DNA of 64,000 bases from Gemmatimonadota bacterium (GTDB lineage Bacteria; Gemmatimonadota; Gemmatimonadetes; Gemmatimonadales; GWC2-71-9). Position numbers and translations under genes: made by a program. Below the pieces are notes generated by a model. The model ran no database searches. It was not told where the DNA came from and saw only the letters and a list, made by a program, of their open reading frames with translations. This document shows, piece after piece, positions 1 through 8,614 of this stretch. Positions within the stretch are counted from its first letter, which is position 1; every line of letters starts with the position of its first letter. Where the stretch lies: positions 103 to 64,102 of the forward strand of contig JBKPAO010000050.1 of NCBI GenBank assembly GCA_046726475.1, written 5' to 3'.

Positions 1-1151
1 GTGACGACCGACCATTCCGCTGTCGTGGCGAGGAGGGCCGCGATCCGAAAGAGCAGCTCGGGATAGGGATCGTGCTCGACCGGAGCCGCTATCCCTGAAG
101 CAGATTCCTCCGCCTTGAGAAACCCTCCGATCTGCGGGGTAATCAAGCCGGCGAGCAGCACCAGCAGCTCCACGTCGGGTTCCCCGTACAGATCCGGCCC
201 GGTGCTTCCCACCAGCAGGTACGCCGACGACTCCCGCCGGAAACTGAGACGCGCTCCTATCAGCGCACGGATCTCCGCTCCGGCGGGCTCGCTGGCGATG
301 AGAAATCCTCGAGGCCAGCGGTCGTCTTCGAAGGTGTCCGACACCAGGATGCGGCTGCGCGACCCGAAGATCGACGCGATGTAGAGATGCTCCGCGCTGA
401 TGATCAGAGACGGATCGGCCCACATCGGACCTCCGGGATGCTCGCCCAGCCTGAAATAGCGAGTACCGGCTTCGTCTGGCACCAGCAGCTCGATGTGCTC
501 GTGAGGGAGGAGCGCGGCCAGCCCGCGGGACACCGTCGCGATGAAGTGTTGCGGCGTGCCGGCATCACGGTTGGCCTGAGCCACTATCCTGAGCAGTCCA
601 GCAATCCGCTCCTGTTGCTGGAACGACGATCCTTCTGCCGGTTTCCATTGTCGCGCAATCCTGCCCAGCATCGGCGCAATCTGCTGAGCCACGCACTGGA
701 TCAGCACTCGTTCCACCGCACCGTATCGATCGGCCTCCAGGTTGGCGACGAGGAGTAGCGCCACATCGCGCTTCCCGAAGCGGACCGGGAGACAGGTGAC
801 CGAGCCGTACCCCGCCTGCGTCACGATCGCTTCAACGCTTGCAAGCTGCTCCGGCTTGAGCTGCGGCGCCGGCACCGGCACCACCAGGTCATCCTGCGCC
901 AGCTCCGTTGGCCCGAGCAACACCACTCCACCCTGTGCCGGATAGAGCCATAGTCCCATGAGATCGTTAGGAACTTCCACCGCCAGGGTGTTGGAGAGCG
1001 CCTCATGCCAAGTCGCGAGCGCCACTGGATCCACCTGTCCGTCGTTGGCCTGAAGGATGGGCACCAGCGGCTCACTTCCGGAGGAAGAGAGCGGGTCGTC
1101 GATTGCCTCGTCGTCAGGCAGGTCGATACTCATGAAGCCGGCGAAAGGCAT
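1..1151 (-). CDS. GAF-domain-like protein; N-terminal part only, the ORF runs off the left edge
   Basis: Hand translation of the minus strand from ATG at 1151 (alternative ATG at 1133) is open all the way to position 1 (MPFAGFMSIDLPDDEA...LWLYPAQGGVVLLGP...LLLVANLEADRYG...). It has two roughly 150-aa GAF-like blocks. It is absent from the ORF track because it has no stop in the window. Confidence 0.5.
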   Translation of the reverse strand, partial: MPFAGFMSIDLPDDEAIDDPLSSSGSEPLVPILQANDGQVDPVALATWHEALSNTLAVEVPNDLMGLWLYPAQGGVVLLGPTELAQDDLVVPVPAPQLKPEQLASVEAIVTQAGYGSVTCLPVRFGKRDVALLLVANLEADRYGAVERVLIQCVAQQIAPMLGRIARQWKPAEGSSFQQQERIAGLLRIVAQANRDAGTPQHFIATVSRGLAALLPHEHIELLVPDEAGTRYFRLGEHPGGPMWADPSLIISAEHLYIASIFGSRSRILVSDTFEDDRWPRGFLIASEPAGAEIRALIGARLSFRRESSAYLLVGSTGPDLYGEPDVELLVLLAGLITPQIGGFLKAEESASGIAAPVEHDPYPELLFRIAALLATTAEWSVV

Positions 1152-1305
1152 TAGACATGCCCCTCCGGCCGGGTGAGCAACCGCTTATGGTGGGATAACT
1201 TACATCGGCGAACCGCGCCACCGTCGCAATATCTTGCAGTCAGGGGTCGCGTCCTGCCCGCGTCTCTTGCAGGTCGCTCGGTCTATGCTCAATAATCTTC
1301 GGCGC

Positions 1306-1334
1306 TTGACATACCCCCACCCCCTACGCAAATT
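1306..1334 (+). promoter_or_regulatory. Candidate sigma70-type promoter of copA-csoR (TTGACA, 17 nt, CAAATT) with a C5-A-C5 tract in the spacer
   Basis: The sequence is TTGACAtacccccaccccctacgCAAATT, about 45 nt upstream of the copA GTG start. This is pattern match only. Confidence 0.25.
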
Positions 1335-1378
1335 TGGTTGAGGCAGCGAAGCATTAACGCAGCAACCGGCGGTTTCCC

Positions 1379-3793
1379 GTGGCGACAACCGATATCGACC
1401 TCAATACTGATTCTGGAATCGACCAAGTCCAGGAGCGCTGCACCATAGCGGTCAGCGGGATGCACTGCGCCGGCTGTAGTAGCCGGATACAGCAAATCCT
1501 GCAACAGACTCCGGGAGTCAATGCGGCCAACGTCAATCTGATGACCGGTTCGGCCACGATCGACTTCGACCCGGCCAGCATCAGCCCGGCGGGATTGGTG
1601 GAAGTCATCCGCGGTACCGGGTATGGCGCGGAGGTACCGCCTTCCACTGCTTCAGCTGAAGCGATCCTGGACAAGGAAGACGAGGCACGCGCAGCCGAGA
1701 TCGATACGCTCCGGCGGAAATTCCGCGTGAGCTTCGCTGCCGCCCTCCTCACGATGGTCTTCAGCCTGCCGCTAGCCGACGCGACGCCGTCCGGCATGAC
1801 CGATCCATTCATGCGGCTGATGATGCCGCTCACGCGACTGCTCACGACTCTGGTCCCCTGGACCGAGCGAGTGTCTGCCGACGCCTGGCGATACCTTCTG
1901 CTCGGGCTGACGATTCCAGTGGTCGGCTGGGCAGGAAGGCACTTCTACACCCGGGCCTGGTCGGCGCTTCGCCATCGCATCGCCGACATGAACACCCTGA
2001 TCGCCCTTGGTACCGGCGCCGCGTTTCTGTTCAGCGTCGCGATGACGGTAGCAGACGATTGGTTCGCTCGGCATGGCGTCGTCCCCCAGGTGTACTACGA
2101 AGCAGTGGTGTGGATCATCGCTCTCATCCTCCTGGGCAACCTGCTGGAGGCCCGCGCCAAGGCTCGGACCTGGGACGCGCTGCGCCGGCTCACCGAGCTC
2201 CGCCCGGCAACGGTGCGAGTAGTACGTCGTGGAGAAGAACAAGAGATCCCCGTCGCGGAGCTCCGCGTCGGTGATGAAGTGAGCGTGCGTCCCGGCGAGA
2301 CCATTGCTGCGGACGGCGTGGTACTTGAGGGTGCCAGCCACGTCGACGAGTCAATGCTGACCGGCGAGCCGAACCCGGTCTCCAAGGGTCCTGGTGACCA
2401 GGTCGTCGGTGCGACCCTGAATCGCAATGGTGCCTTCCGCCTTCGGGTAAGCCAGGTGGGGCAGGACACTGTCCTCTCGCAGATCATCCGGATGGTACGC
2501 CAGGCGCAGGGATCGAGACCGGCGATACAACGGCTGGCCGACCGGATCTCGGCTGTCTTCGTCCCCATCGTTATTCTGCTCGCAGTTTTGACGTTCTTCC
2601 TATGGCTGAATCTGGGTCCCGCGCCCTCCTATCTCCACGGTCTCGTCGCGGCGGTGACGGTCCTCATCATTGCCTGTCCTTGCGCCATGGGCTTGGCGGT
2701 GCCGGCAGCGGTCATGGTTGCGATGGGGCGTGGTGCAGAGCTCGGGGTGTTGATTCGTGGTGGCGAGTCGCTGGAGCAGACCGGCGAGATCGACGTGGTG
2801 GCGTTCGACAAGACCGGTACGGTGACAGAGGGACGGCCCTCCGTCACATCAGTACACGTGATATCCGGAACCGGCGCGCTCGATGAGGAACGGCTGCTTC
2901 AGCTTGCGGCGGCAGTCGAGCGCTCCAGCGAGCACCCACTGGGAGAAGCCGTCGTGCTGGAAGCGGGGTGGCGCGGGATCCAGCTGCCTCGTGCCACGGA
3001 TTTCGAGACCCACACCGGCAAAGGGGTAGCCGGGATGGTGGACGGACGCCGTGTCGCGGTCGGCAGCGCGGCGTTCATGCACGAGTTGGGCGTCGACATC
3101 GCCGCTGCCCAGAACGCGGCGGGCGAGCTGGCCAGTAACGGGCTGACACCGGTCCACATCGCGATCGACGGACGGCTCGCGGGACTCATCGCCGCTGGGG
3201 ACCGAATCAAGCCGAGCAGTTCGGAGGCAGTACGACGGCTCGAGGAGCTGGGAGTGGAAGTGGTCATGCTCACCGGTGATGATCACCGCACCGCTGAGGC
3301 GGTGGCGCGCACCACCGGGATCGATCGCGTAATAGCCGAACTTGGCCCCGATGGAAAGCTGCAGGAGATCCGCCGGCTGCAGCAGGCGGGGAAGGCGGTG
3401 GCGATGGCTGGCGACGGCCTCAACGACGCCCCGGCGCTAGCCCAGGCCGATGTCGGAATCGCCATGGGCACGGGCACCAGCGTGGCGGTGGAAGCCGGCG
3501 AGATCACCCTCATGCGGAGCGATCTGCTGGGCGTGGTGGATGCGGTTGGGCTCTCTCGCAGCGCGATGCGGGTCATCCGACAGAATCTCTTCTGGGCGCT
3601 GATCTACAACGTCGTTGGCATTCCGATCGCCGCCGGACTGCTCTACCCGAGATTGGGGATTCTGCTCAGCCCCGCGATGGCGGCTGCCGCGATGGCGGCG
3701 AGCTCGGTCAGCGTAGTGTCGAATAGTCTGAGGCTCAGGAAGTACAAAGGCGTGACCGCTTACCGCTCACCAGTTGAGCACAGAAGGAGCTAA
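1379..3793 (+). CDS. copA: Copper or heavy-metal translocating P1B-type ATPase
   Basis: N-terminal HMA motif GMHCAGC, transmembrane CPC motif ([11 protein letters not shown]), phosphorylation motif DKTGTVT, and hinge motif [10 protein letters not shown]. Confidence 0.9.
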   Translation: MATTDIDLNTDSGIDQVQERCTIAVSGMHCAGCSSRIQQILQQTPGVNAANVNLMTGSATIDFDPASISPAGLVEVIRGTGYGAEVPPSTASAEAILDKEDEARAAEIDTLRRKFRVSFAAALLTMVFSLPLADATPSGMTDPFMRLMMPLTRLLTTLVPWTERVSADAWRYLLLGLTIPVVGWAGRHFYTRAWSALRHRIADMNTLIALGTGAAFLFSVAMTVADDWFARHGVVPQVYYEAVVWIIALILLGNLLEARAKARTWDALRRLTELRPATVRVVRRGEEQEIPVAELRVGDEVSVRPGETIAADGVVLEGASHVDESMLTGEPNPVSKGPGDQVVGATLNRNGAFRLRVSQVGQDTVLSQIIRMVRQAQGSRPAIQRLADRISAVFVPIVILLAVLTFFLWLNLGPAPSYLHGLVAAVTVLIIACPCAMGLAVPAAVMVAMGRGAELGVLIRGGESLEQTGEIDVVAFDKTGTVTEGRPSVTSVHVISGTGALDEERLLQLAAAVERSSEHPLGEAVVLEAGWRGIQLPRATDFETHTGKGVAGMVDGRRVAVGSAAFMHELGVDIAAAQNAAGELASNGLTPVHIAIDGRLAGLIAAGDRIKPSSSEAVRRLEELGVEVVMLTGDDHRTAEAVARTTGIDRVIAELGPDGKLQEIRRLQQAGKAVAMAGDGLNDAPALAQADVGIAMGTGTSVAVEAGEITLMRSDLLGVVDAVGLSRSAMRVIRQNLFWALIYNVVGIPIAAGLLYPRLGILLSPAMAAAAMAASSVSVVSNSLRLRKYKGVTAYRSPVEHRRS

Positions 3794-3795
3794 CG

Positions 3796-4146
3796 ATGTC
3801 GACCGAAGTAAGGGCCGCCGCCCCATGTGCCTGCGGCGCTCGGCCAGGTGACGGCACCGACGCCGTCCACGTAGACCCGGAGATCAAGCACGCGATCGGG
3901 ACCCGGCTGCGGAGAATCGAGGGACAGGTGCGCGGTCTCCAGAAGATGGTGGAAGAGGAGCGCCACTGCGCCGATGTGCTGATGCAGCTCTCCTCGGTAC
4001 AGGAGGCGCTCAGGGGCGTTGGCCGTGGCCTCCTCCATAACCATCTCAAGCACTGCGTCACCGAGGCGATGCGCTCGCGCGATGCCGAGCAGGCCGAGGC
4101 GATGTATGAGGAGCTGATGGAGCTGATGTATCGGAATGCGCGGTGA
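3796..4146 (+). CDS. csoR: CsoR/RcnR-family metal-sensing transcriptional repressor
   Basis: Typical family core RLRRIEGQVRGLQKMVEEERHCADVLMQLSSVQ...HLKHC with the Cys/His/Cys ligand pattern. It lies 2 nt downstream of copA. Confidence 0.85.
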   Translation: MSTEVRAAAPCACGARPGDGTDAVHVDPEIKHAIGTRLRRIEGQVRGLQKMVEEERHCADVLMQLSSVQEALRGVGRGLLHNHLKHCVTEAMRSRDAEQAEAMYEELMELMYRNAR

Positions 4147-4155
4147 GGGCGAGCG

Positions 4156-4187
4156 GTCAGTCGGTCAGTCGGTCAGTCGGTCCGACT
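4156..4187. repeat. Simple-repeat arm (GGTCAGTC x3, then GGTCCGAC); left arm of an inverted pair
   Basis: The tandem octamers were read directly. They encode the last codons (PTDRLTD) of the four-helix-bundle ORF. Confidence 0.8.
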
Positions 4188-4546
4188 CGCTTATTGCCAG
4201 CGAGAGATGCATACAAGCTCCAGGTCAGCTTTCCCGCACGATCTCTGTGTGCATTTAGTGAGTCGAAGATTTCCTGATTGATCAGCCCTCTATCCTTGCC
4301 AAACCGCAGGAGGTAAGAAAGTTCGGCGAGGGACCCGTTTGCAATGTCGAGGTATCGCCGGAATTCCCGTCGGCCTCGTTTAGCCGCACCCTCAGCAATG
4401 TTTGTAGGAACGGAGAGAGCCGCCCGTCGAACCTGCGCCGTCAATTGATACCGCTCTGAAGCTGGCCAGCAATCACTAGCTGCGTAGACATACAATGCCA
4501 GTTCGTGCGCAGCTCTCCAGGCAGTAAACTTCTCGTAGGCTATCAC
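4157..4546 (-). CDS. Four-helix-bundle protein (23S rRNA intervening-sequence protein / TIGR02436 / Avd-like family)
   Basis: Family signature ...W..A..L...VY......ERY.L..Q.RRAA.SV..NIAEG..K....EF..YL.IA.GSL.EL.Y.L. Its codon usage is visibly more A/T-rich than that of its neighbours. Confidence 0.85.
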   Translation of the reverse strand: MIAYEKFTAWRAAHELALYVYAASDCWPASERYQLTAQVRRAALSVPTNIAEGAAKRGRREFRRYLDIANGSLAELSYLLRFGKDRGLINQEIFDSLNAHRDRAGKLTWSLYASLAGNKRVGPTDRLTD

Positions 4547-4617
4547 ATTTACAACCTATCCATCGAGGCCTGGAATATCGGATCGAAAAAGCGCGGCATT
4601 GACCGCCTGGCCGCCCA

Positions 4618-6159
4618 CTAGGTTCCGACCGACTGACCGACCGACCGACTGACCGACCGACCGCCCGCCCGTTCCATATCCACCTGCACCGTCCTCGTCG
4701 CGCCTAAGATCACCAGTCCCCCAAGCACGGCTACTGACGGGAGCAGCAGTACAGCCCGATCGATGCCGAAGTGGTCGGAGAGGGCTCCGACTAGAGGGAA
4801 GGCGACGGTGTCTCCCACCAGATGAATAAAGAGCAGGTACGCTCCCGCTACGGTCGCGCTGATCTTCGCGGGAACCACGTCGAAGATCACTGCTGCAATA
4901 GGGCCGTTGAACCAGGACAAGAAGAAGAACGCGGCGGAAAAGACCGGAACGAAGAGGTCGAGGTCCCGAACGGTGAGCAGCCAGATCGCCAGCGGCCCGC
5001 CAATGAGCAATCCCAGGCAGATCGTCAGCACCCGGCCCGTCGGAGTGTAGCGGCGGAGCCAGTCGGCTACGGCTCCGCCAACGAGCGCGCCTAGGATTCC
5101 CGCAACCAGTCCCCAAGTTCCCAGCAACGTGGCAGCTTGGGTGACGCTGAGGTTGAGCTCGCGGGACATAAACGTGGGGGCCCAGCCCACCAGCCCATTC
5201 ATGCCGAAGGAGATCAGCGCGCCGCCGACGAAGATGTATACCAGCGTCGGTGTCCGCAGCACGACCGCGAGCGACACGGCCTGTTCGCCGAATGCTCGCA
5301 CCAGGTCACTCGGCCCCGATGCTGGCGCACGGGCGAAACGCTTGACCCAGAGCCGAATGTTCAGTGCGAGTCCTATAGTGAGCATCGCGCCGAACGCGGC
5401 GACATCCAACTGAGAGTCGGCTCCATAGACTCGGTCGAAGTGGATGGCCAGCACGCTGCCGAGAGCCACGCTCACCAGGAGCGGCACGAACTGCCGGACG
5501 AACGAGCTGACCCCGACATGCAATTCCCTGAGTGCCATCAGGAGCGGCACGCGGGGCGTCTCTCGCCTTGGGTCCTGGAGCCGCGCCGTGAGCGGCGCCA
5601 ACACAAAGCCGGGGAGGCTTACCGCGATCATGGCCGTGCGCCATCCATACATCACCTCGAGCTGGCCGCCAAGCCAGATACCGCTCACCCCGCCGAGCGT
5701 GATCCCCGCCGCCAGGATGCCGAGCGCGACGGCCCGGCCCCTGAGTGGGAAGTAGTCGGCGGTGAGCGACTGCGCCGCTGCACTGAAACCCGCGGCGCCC
5801 ATCCCGACCAGTGCGCGACAGACCAGCTGCTGACCAAAGCTGGTGGCTAAGCCGCTGGCCAGCGTAAAGGCGCTCCACAGCAGTACGCCGACAGTGATGA
5901 CGGCTCGGCGGGAGCGGAGGTCACTGAGTACGCCGAAGGGCAGTGCCGCAAGGGAGAAGACCAGCACGTAGGCGGAAGCCAGCCAGCCGAGCTGGGCGTC
6001 ACTGATCGCCAGGTCAGTCTTGATCGGGTCGAACAGCCCGAAGATGATGTTGCGGTTGATGAAGCTCAGCAGGTTGGTGACTGCGAGCAGGCCGAGTGCG
6101 TAGTTGCGGTACCGGCGAGCAGTCTCCATCCCGAATGCAGCAGCTGTCGGGGACTTCAC
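4618..6159 (-). CDS. MFS transporter (Spinster-like)
   Basis: About 12 predicted TM segments and the MFS loop motif [10 protein letters not shown]. Its start overlaps the stop of the upstream deoxyhypusine-synthase-like gene by 4 nt. An alternative start is the METARRY Met. Confidence 0.8.
   Translation of the reverse strand: MKSPTAAAFGMETARRYRNYALGLLAVTNLLSFINRNIIFGLFDPIKTDLAISDAQLGWLASAYVLVFSLAALPFGVLSDLRSRRAVITVGVLLWSAFTLASGLATSFGQQLVCRALVGMGAAGFSAAAQSLTADYFPLRGRAVALGILAAGITLGGVSGIWLGGQLEVMYGWRTAMIAVSLPGFVLAPLTARLQDPRRETPRVPLLMALRELHVGVSSFVRQFVPLLVSVALGSVLAIHFDRVYGADSQLDVAAFGAMLTIGLALNIRLWVKRFARAPASGPSDLVRAFGEQAVSLAVVLRTPTLVYIFVGGALISFGMNGLVGWAPTFMSRELNLSVTQAATLLGTWGLVAGILGALVGGAVADWLRRYTPTGRVLTICLGLLIGGPLAIWLLTVRDLDLFVPVFSAAFFFLSWFNGPIAAVIFDVVPAKISATVAGAYLLFIHLVGDTVAFPLVGALSDHFGIDRAVLLLPSVAVLGGLVILGATRTVQVDMERAGGRSVSRSVGQSVGT
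4621..4662. repeat. Simple-repeat arm (CCGACCGACTGACCGACCGACCGACTGACCGACCGACCG); right arm, reverse-complementary in unit type to 4156-4187
   Basis: Read directly. It supplies the C-terminal codons ([15 protein letters not shown]) of the MFS gene. Confidence 0.8.
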
Positions 6160-7331
6160 CTACGCGCGACCGTCTCCGCTCCCCCGGCCCCCGGGTGCAT
6201 GTGAGCCAGGGATTCATCCGCCCGCTGATCACGGAACTCCAGCGCCGCCCGATATTCATTCGTCAGCCGCTCCATCATGGCGGCGCGCCGGGCGTACAGT
6301 CGCTTGAATGGCCGGGTTGCGCGGCGCTCGCGGGCATATGCGGTGAGCAGCGGCAAACCGATCGAGCTGTCGGTGTAGACAACGACCGTTCCCGGAAGCT
6401 GGTCAGGATCGATCTTGCCCCAGCTCACCGCTTCAGCGGGGGTCGCTCCCGAGAGTCCTCCGGTATCGGGCCGCGCGTCGGTCATTTGGAGGAAGTAGTC
6501 ATGGCCGCGCTCGTCGATGCCCAGCACTTCCTGGATCTGCGGCTCGGTTTGCAGCATGAAGTTCTTGGGACTTCCTCCCCCCACGATCAGGACCGCGCTT
6601 TTGCCGCCGTTGCGCTTTGCCTCGAGTACGATGCTGGCCGTCTCGTTCACATCGGCGCTTACGTCGAACCGGAGCTTGCTGCCGGCGAGCGCCTGCTCGG
6701 CGACGTTCATTCCGATCGAGCTGTCTCCGGGGGAGCTGGTATAGATCGGCACCTCCAACTCGTGTGCCGCGGCGAGCACCGACCGGCGGGAGAGGCCCAG
6801 CGCCCGCTCGCGCTCCCGAACATACCCACCCAGCAGGTAGTGATACTCGGCGGTGCTCATGGAGCGCTGAAATTCTTCGCGGGCCGACACCTCACGGATG
6901 AAGGCGTCGGTCGAGAGCAGGACGTTGTAGTCGAAGAAGATGTCGTAGATCCGGACGACTCCCTTGTCGCGCAGCTCGACGTCGTCGGCGTTGGGCGTAC
7001 CGCGATGCATCGCCAGTCCCAGCGCGAAATGGGCATCGTGATAGAGGTTCGCCCCGGTGCTGATGATCCAATCGACGAACCCCGCCTCCATCAGCGGAAT
7101 GAGGCAACTCATTCCGAGCCCAGCCGGGGTCATCGCGCCGGTCAGCGTCATACCCACCGTCACGTCCGGTTCGAGCATGAGCTGGGTGAACAGCTGGCAT
7201 CCTTCGCGCAGCCGCCCGGCGTTGTAGGCCAGAAACGCATTGTCGATCAGCTCGGCGACCGTCTCTTTCCCGGTGGTCGCCTTGGGGTCGATCCGCTGCC
7301 CGCGAAGGTACGGTTCGGATGGCCGATTCAT
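6156..7331 (-). CDS. Deoxyhypusine synthase family protein (bacterial DHS-like / homospermidine-synthase-like)
   Basis: Motifs [18 protein letters not shown] and [17 protein letters not shown]. The start was moved to the internal Met (MNRPSEPY); the ORF-track N-terminal extension crosses the intergenic repeat. Confidence 0.85.
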   Translation of the reverse strand: MNRPSEPYLRGQRIDPKATTGKETVAELIDNAFLAYNAGRLREGCQLFTQLMLEPDVTVGMTLTGAMTPAGLGMSCLIPLMEAGFVDWIISTGANLYHDAHFALGLAMHRGTPNADDVELRDKGVVRIYDIFFDYNVLLSTDAFIREVSAREEFQRSMSTAEYHYLLGGYVRERERALGLSRRSVLAAAHELEVPIYTSSPGDSSIGMNVAEQALAGSKLRFDVSADVNETASIVLEAKRNGGKSAVLIVGGGSPKNFMLQTEPQIQEVLGIDERGHDYFLQMTDARPDTGGLSGATPAEAVSWGKIDPDQLPGTVVVYTDSSIGLPLLTAYARERRATRPFKRLYARRAAMMERLTNEYRAALEFRDQRADESLAHMHPGAGGAETVARR

Positions 7332-7351
7332 GCCGCTGGCATCGAAGAATG

Positions 7352-7381
7352 GGCCACGGATGAACACAGATGAACCCGGAT
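7352..7381. repeat. Left arm of an inverted repeat (GGCCACGGATGAACACAGATGAACCCGGAT)
   Basis: About 24 of 30 nt are complementary to 7470-7503. The arm is itself built from GATGAAC-type units. Confidence 0.6.
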
Positions 7382-7469
7382 ATCTCGACCTCCAACGCAC
7401 ACGCCATCGAAGGCGGTCTTCGCAGAAAAATGGCGTCTCTGTCCACGCAAGCAGGGTTCTCCAGTAAGA

Positions 7470-7503
7470 ACCCATCCGTGTCGATCCGTGTTCATCGGTG
7501 GCC
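7470..7503. repeat. Right arm of an inverted repeat (ACCCATCCGTGTCGATCCGTGTTCATCGGTGGCC)
   Basis: Reverse complement of the left arm. It overlaps the last codons and stop of the LOG gene. Confidence 0.6.
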
Positions 7504-8208
7504 CCGCTCCTTACGTGCTTCGATCACGATCCGTGTGGCTTCGGCGGGATCGTCGGTGATCCGGAACAGCTTGAGGTCCTTGGGATCGATCTTCCGTTCG
7601 GCGGCGACGGTGCGGGTGAGCCAGTCCACCAGGCCAGACCAGTACTCCTTGCCGAAGAGGATCACCGGGAAATCCTTCACCTTTCCCGTCTGAATGAGCG
7701 TGAGCGCCTCGAACAGTTCGTCGAGTGTGCCATAGCCGCCGGGAAACACGATGAATGCCGTGGCGTACTTGACGAACATCGTCTTCCGCACAAAGAAGAA
7801 TTTGAAGTTGAGGCTGCGGCTGAGGTACGGGTTGGAGCCTTGCTCGAACGGCAACTCGATGTTGCAGCCGATCGACATGCCATTCGCCTCCTTGGCACCC
7901 CGGTTGGCGGCCTCCATCATCCCGGGCCCGCCTCCAGTAATCACCGGGATGTTGGCACGTGCCAGCAACCGGGCGGTCTCGACCGCGGCCTGGTAGTGCG
8001 GGTCGTCGGGCTTGGTGCGCGCCGAGCCGAAGATCGACACGCCATCCTGGACGTCGGAGAGATTGTCGAAACCCCACACGAACTCGCCCATGATCCGGAG
8101 CACACGCCAGGGATCGGAGACGAGGATCTGCCCTTTATCGTGCCGCTCCCTGGGTTGGGGCCCTTCGAGGAGGGTTTCGTCCTCCGTCGGCCGCTTGTGA
8201 TCATCCAT
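7492..8208 (-). CDS. LOG family / TIGR00730 Rossmann-fold nucleotide-binding protein (cytokinin riboside 5'-monophosphate phosphoribohydrolase-like)
   Basis: Motifs [14 protein letters not shown] and [12 protein letters not shown]. The start was set at the internal Met MDDHKRP. Confidence 0.85.
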   Translation of the reverse strand: MDDHKRPTEDETLLEGPQPRERHDKGQILVSDPWRVLRIMGEFVWGFDNLSDVQDGVSIFGSARTKPDDPHYQAAVETARLLARANIPVITGGGPGMMEAANRGAKEANGMSIGCNIELPFEQGSNPYLSRSLNFKFFFVRKTMFVKYATAFIVFPGGYGTLDELFEALTLIQTGKVKDFPVILFGKEYWSGLVDWLTRTVAAERKIDPKDLKLFRITDDPAEATRIVIEARKERGHR

Positions 8209-8323
8209 CGTGCGGTAGGGACTGTTGGTCACGCTGGGACGCTCGCGCGCGGCGCTGCAGCGCCACGATTGTAGGGACAAGACCGGCTCATAGGGAGCGG
8301 AATATACCAATTATACTTCGCCG

Positions 8324-8584
8324 ATGTCCCGCTCCTGGCTGTCCCTGACGGGTCGACTGGCGCTGCGTGGAGCACTGAATCCACGCCTGGCAGTCGATCT
8401 GCTGCGGACAGCTTGGGCGTTTCGGCGCAGGCAGTGGTGGTCCCAGCCGCCGTTTCTGCCCCTGCCTGACCGGACTTATCTGCACTGGCGCATGTACACG
8501 GTGTACGCGGACGAAAACGCGGTCCCGCCGGTGGACGACGTGATTCGCTTTGCCCGGTGGCGGCGCGAGACCATGGGGCTATAG
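8324..8584 (+). CDS. Hypothetical small protein (86 aa)
   Basis: Codon usage is consistent with the neighbours and no better-supported overlapping gene exists. I recognise no domain. Confidence 0.4.
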   Translation: MSRSWLSLTGRLALRGALNPRLAVDLLRTAWAFRRRQWWSQPPFLPLPDRTYLHWRMYTVYADENAVPPVDDVIRFARWRRETMGL

Positions 8585-8612
8585 AGGTGAGAGGTGAGAG
8601 GTGAGAGGTAAG
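8585..8612 (+). repeat. Tandem heptamer array GAGGTGA x3 plus GAGGTAA, directly upstream of the ndh GTG start
   Basis: Read directly. Each unit is complementary to the 16S anti-SD core (CACCUC). Confidence 0.85.
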
Positions 8613-8614
8613 CG

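Noticed and set aside
1312-1328. A canonical CsoR operator upstream of copA.
   Set aside because: Only a duplicated C-run is present, with no opposing G-run to form the usual pseudo-palindrome. It is kept only as a low-confidence note.
4157-4546. A diversity-generating retroelement, suggested by the Avd-like four-helix-bundle gene.
   Set aside because: There is no reverse transcriptase ORF, no template/variable repeat pair and no target gene with a C-type lectin fold anywhere in the window.
4156-4662. A possible CRISPR array, suggested by the short tandem repeats here and at 8585-8612 and 59113-59245.
   Set aside because: The units are 7-10 nt and directly abut each other with no spacers. 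No cas genes are present. They are simple-sequence arrays, not CRISPR.
6096-7373. A 425-aa plus-strand ORF and several others of 150-480 aa (for example 7498..8274 +, 15802..17256 -, 18400..19449 +, 5137..5850 +, 62201..63059 +).
   Set aside because: They lie antisense to, or out of frame with, genes that carry strong family motifs. Their translations are Arg/Pro/Gly-rich low-complexity sequence typical of shadow ORFs in high-GC DNA.
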